Below are positions 63,850 through 64,000 of a DNA stretch of 64,000 bases, one piece after another. Numbering within the stretch: position 1 is the first letter of the stretch; each line of letters opens with the position of its first letter. Source of the DNA: Octopus sinensis (taxonomy: Eukaryota); contig NC_042997.1 in NCBI RefSeq assembly GCF_006345805.1, positions 97,650,001 through 97,714,000 on the forward strand. The letters are read 5' to 3'. Made by a program: the position numbers and the translations under genes. Below the pieces are notes generated by a model that saw only the letters and a program-made list of their open reading frames with translations, was not told where the DNA came from and ran no database searches.

Positions 63850-64000
63850 GCATCATGTCATTATAGTGAAAGGCTTTTCCTGAAGTTTGTGTTGCGTTGT
63901 CTGTGTGTTCAAAGACATACAGAAACACACACACACATCCACACAGAAATGCACACTAATAACTCCCACAAAATAACTATAAGTATTATATATATATATA

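Overview
AT-rich, microsatellite-saturated animal genomic DNA, most likely an octopus. This is inferred from the tRNA-derived SINE families, TTAGGG-type repeats and repeat landscape, not from a database hit. No host protein-coding exon could be supported; most long ORFs in the track are translated microsatellites or TE fragments. The window is a stack of transposable elements: four mariner remnants, a near full-length but decayed Tx1/L1-like LINE plus two fragments, an internally deleted RTE element, several SINE families, Helitron-type non-autonomous elements including a head-to-tail array, hAT and Merlin-like MITEs, and Penelope-like remnants. The most interesting signal is a set of type I hammerhead-ribozyme motifs. 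One lies in a non-coding ~354-bp unit inserted as 1.6 tandem copies plus an inverted copy between 15-bp target-site duplications (24591-25407). Its core reads U3/A8 instead of C3/G8, making it a candidate retrozyme (circular-RNA retroelement). Other highlights are SINE tails matching the 3' ends of LINEs in the same window, and a SINE that repeatedly inserts at GGTA sites, including into its own relatives. The 32.5-42 kb interval looks poorly polished and may be partly misassembled. All coordinates were counted by hand and may be off by a few bases.
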